From positions 19,577-83,576 of the forward strand of contig DASCPX010000037.1 in NCBI GenBank assembly GCA_036012755.1: DNA of 64,000 nt, read 5' to 3'. The notes under the pieces were generated by a model. It worked only from the letters and a program-made list of their open reading frames with translations. It was not told where the DNA came from and searched no databases. The translations under genes and the position numbers were made by a program. The stretch is from Myxococcota bacterium (GTDB lineage: Bacteria; Myxococcota_A; UBA796; CAJQPC01). Of the stretch, positions 61,981-64,000 are shown piece by piece; the first letter of the stretch is position 1, and every line of letters begins with the position of its first letter.

Positions 61981-62732
61981 GCGCGATCGCAAGCCTGCAG
62001 TTCGTCTGCGGGCTCGGCGAGGAGCCGCGGCTCCGAGAGGTCCTGCTCCGCCGGAAGGACAGGAAGCTGCTGTCTCGACCGGCGAAGCTCGCCCTGCCGG
62101 CGGCCGCCCGCGCGGTGTCCGGCTACCCGGACGATCTCCTCGAGCTCGGGCTCTTCGTCGGGGTCCGGCGCGAGCCCCCCGACGACGGCGAGGCCGACGC
62201 CGCCATCGCCGCAAGCCATCGGGACGGCGAGCTCGACGTCGGGCTGCTCGCCGCGGCGGGACGGGACCTCTACCCGCCGCTGTTGCCGCTGAAGACCCTG
62301 CCGAACATGGTGCTGGCGCACATCTCGATCAACCTCGGCATCATGGGGCCCGCCGACACCTGCGCGGGCGGTCCCGCGGCCGGAGTCAGCGCGCTCCGCC
62401 TCGCCATGCAGGCCGTCGACGAGGGGCGCGCTCCGGCGGCGCTGGTCGTCGTGGCCGACTCGCACGTCGACGGCAGCTCGAGGCGGGATCTCCTGCGCCG
62501 CGGGATCACGGCTCGGCCGGGAGAGGCGGCGGTGGCGGTCCTCGTCGTGCCGGGCTCGGGGCTCGTCGACGAAGGAGGTGGTCGCGGAGGGGTGGTGCGG
62601 CCCTTCCTCCACCACGGCGAGGTCGGTTGGTGTGGCACCGCGGACCCGCTCGTGGCGCTTGCCCGAGGCCAGATAGGCATCGAGGGGGTCGACGAGGGTG
62701 GAGCCTGGACTCGGGTGAGGGTGGTGCCGTAG
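61977..62732 (+). CDS. Truncated non-catalytic KS-like protein (chain-length-factor-like)
   Basis: RKLLSR, PLLPLKTLPNMVLAHISINLGIMGP; Pro at the catalytic Cys position; GTGA coupling. Confidence 0.7.
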   Translation: MSAIASLQFVCGLGEEPRLREVLLRRKDRKLLSRPAKLALPAAARAVSGYPDDLLELGLFVGVRREPPDDGEADAAIAASHRDGELDVGLLAAAGRDLYPPLLPLKTLPNMVLAHISINLGIMGPADTCAGGPAAGVSALRLAMQAVDEGRAPAALVVVADSHVDGSSRRDLLRRGITARPGEAAVAVLVVPGSGLVDEGGGRGGVVRPFLHHGEVGWCGTADPLVALARGQIGIEGVDEGGAWTRVRVVP

Positions 62733-62763
62733 TGATAAGCTCCCCCGTCCTGTTGGAGCGGCG

Positions 62764-64000
62764 TTGTCCAACCGCGAGTCCTCGCGCAAGTTCCACTTCA
62801 TCCGGCTGATCGCCTCGGGCGGATTCGGCGCGGTCTGGCTGTGCAAGGTGATGCACAACGACGGCTTCTCCAGGCTCGCCGCCGTGAAGCTGCTGCACGC
62901 GCGCTGGACGGAGAACGAGGAGATCGCCCGCCGGATGAGGGACGAGGCGCGGCTGTTGGGTTGGCTGCGCCACCGCAACATCGTGGACGTGGTCGATCTC
63001 ACCGCCATCGATGGGCGGGCCGCGGTGGTCATGGAGTACCTCGAGGCGGTCGACCTCAGGACGATCGTCGGCGAGCTCTCGGTGGGCGTGGAGCTCCTCC
63101 CTCCCAGGGTGTGCCTCGAGGTCATGGCCTACTCGGCCTCGGCGCTCGACGCGGCCTTCAACCGCCCTCCCTACCCCGGGGAGAAGCCGCTGCGCGTCAT
63201 CCACCGGGACATCAAGCCCTCCAACATCATGGTGGACGAGTCGGGCCTGGTGAAGGTGCTCGACTTCGGCGTCGCCCGCGCCGAGTTCGAGGCCCGGGAG
63301 AGCCACACGCGTGAGCTCCAGTTCGGCAGCGTCGACTACATGCCGCCGGAGCGGCTGTTTTTCGAGCCGGAGACCCCCGCGAGCGACGTCTACAGCCTGG
63401 GTTCGACGATCTTCGAGGTCATGGTCCTCGAGAAGCTCGGCAAGGCCAAGGGCCGACCGGAGCGTCACGCGCGCTTCCTCGCCGACCGCATGTCCTTCAT
63501 GCGCGCCCGCTTGCCCGTCCCAGGCAAGATCGCGAGCGAGATCGAGGGCCTGCTCGTCTCCTGCCTCGCCTTCGACCACGACAACCGCCCGAGCGCAGCC
63601 GAGGTCGTCAAGCAGGCGCGGGTCGTCGCGCGACGGCTGACGGGGGAGTCGCTCTCCGAGTGGGCAGAGGAGAACGTGCCCGGCCTGATCAAGGGCGTGA
63701 TGTCCAGGGAGCCGGAGCCGAGCTCGCTCACCGACGCCGTGCTCGTCGAGGACAGCAAGGTCTTTGGCCTGACGCCGTCCCCCTCCGAGAAGGGGCCCGG
63801 CGAGCCCGTGGGGCTGGCAGACGAGGACGAGGACGAAGAGATCCGCCCGACCGTCCTCAGCAGCCCGACGTTGATGCCGGATGACGACATCGAGGATGAG
63901 TCGGAGGAGTCGGAGGAGTCGGAGGAGTCGGAGGAGTCGGAGGAGTCGGAGGAGTCGGAGGAGTCGGAGGAGTCGGAGGAGTCGGAGGAGTCGGAGGAGT
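62764..64000 (+). CDS. Ser/Thr protein kinase (runs off window end)
   Basis: Read manually: TTG start after GGAG; ASGGFG, AAVK, HRDIKPSN, DFG, YMPPE; acidic tail ending in (ESE)n. Confidence 0.9.
   Translation, partial: MSNRESSRKFHFIRLIASGGFGAVWLCKVMHNDGFSRLAAVKLLHARWTENEEIARRMRDEARLLGWLRHRNIVDVVDLTAIDGRAAVVMEYLEAVDLRTIVGELSVGVELLPPRVCLEVMAYSASALDAAFNRPPYPGEKPLRVIHRDIKPSNIMVDESGLVKVLDFGVARAEFEARESHTRELQFGSVDYMPPERLFFEPETPASDVYSLGSTIFEVMVLEKLGKAKGRPERHARFLADRMSFMRARLPVPGKIASEIEGLLVSCLAFDHDNRPSAAEVVKQARVVARRLTGESLSEWAEENVPGLIKGVMSREPEPSSLTDAVLVEDSKVFGLTPSPSEKGPGEPVGLADEDEDEEIRPTVLSSPTLMPDDDIEDESEESEESEESEESEESEESEESEESEESEESEE
63898..64000 (+). repeat. Perfect 9-bp coding tandem repeat (GAGTCGGAG) x at least 11, encoding Glu-Ser-Glu
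   Basis: 103 nt with no mismatch; continues past the window end. Confidence 0.95.

Overview
High-GC, very densely coding bacterial chromosome segment with about 53 CDSs, 2 tRNAs and almost no intergenic DNA. MYXO-CTERM-like tails, Cys-rich and Asp-rich repeats and four Ser/Thr kinase-family genes suggest Myxococcota (inference). Envelope and transport genes: exbB-exbD-tonB, LPS-type GT2/GT4, PBP1A with a coupled lipoprotein, four surface-anchored proteins, a split TRAP transporter, a GT-C membrane glycosyltransferase and an M23 peptidase. Regulatory and housekeeping genes: an orphan FliA/WhiG sigma factor behind a sigma54 promoter, clpX/DnaJ-like/lon, a kinase-pseudocyclase-STAND-TPR protein, mtnA, engB, rlmE, pepA and a pseudokinase. 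Possible lipid genes: GH3 synthetase, CruC/CrtQ-like GT2, fabZ-fabF and a CLF-like gene. No mobile elements, CRISPR arrays or rRNA were seen. The strongest signals not explained by gene labels are: (i) about 15 exported proteins with signal peptides of only 8-14 aa and no basic n-region; (ii) TANNNT boxes 6-10 nt before many start codons, implying leaderless mRNAs, some as back-to-back bidirectional promoters; (iii) a sigma54-to-sigma28 cascade with no flagellar genes nearby; (iv) a PBP1A with a ~220-aa transpeptidase insertion and a coupled candidate activator lipoprotein. All family calls come from motif recognition by eye; no database searches were run.
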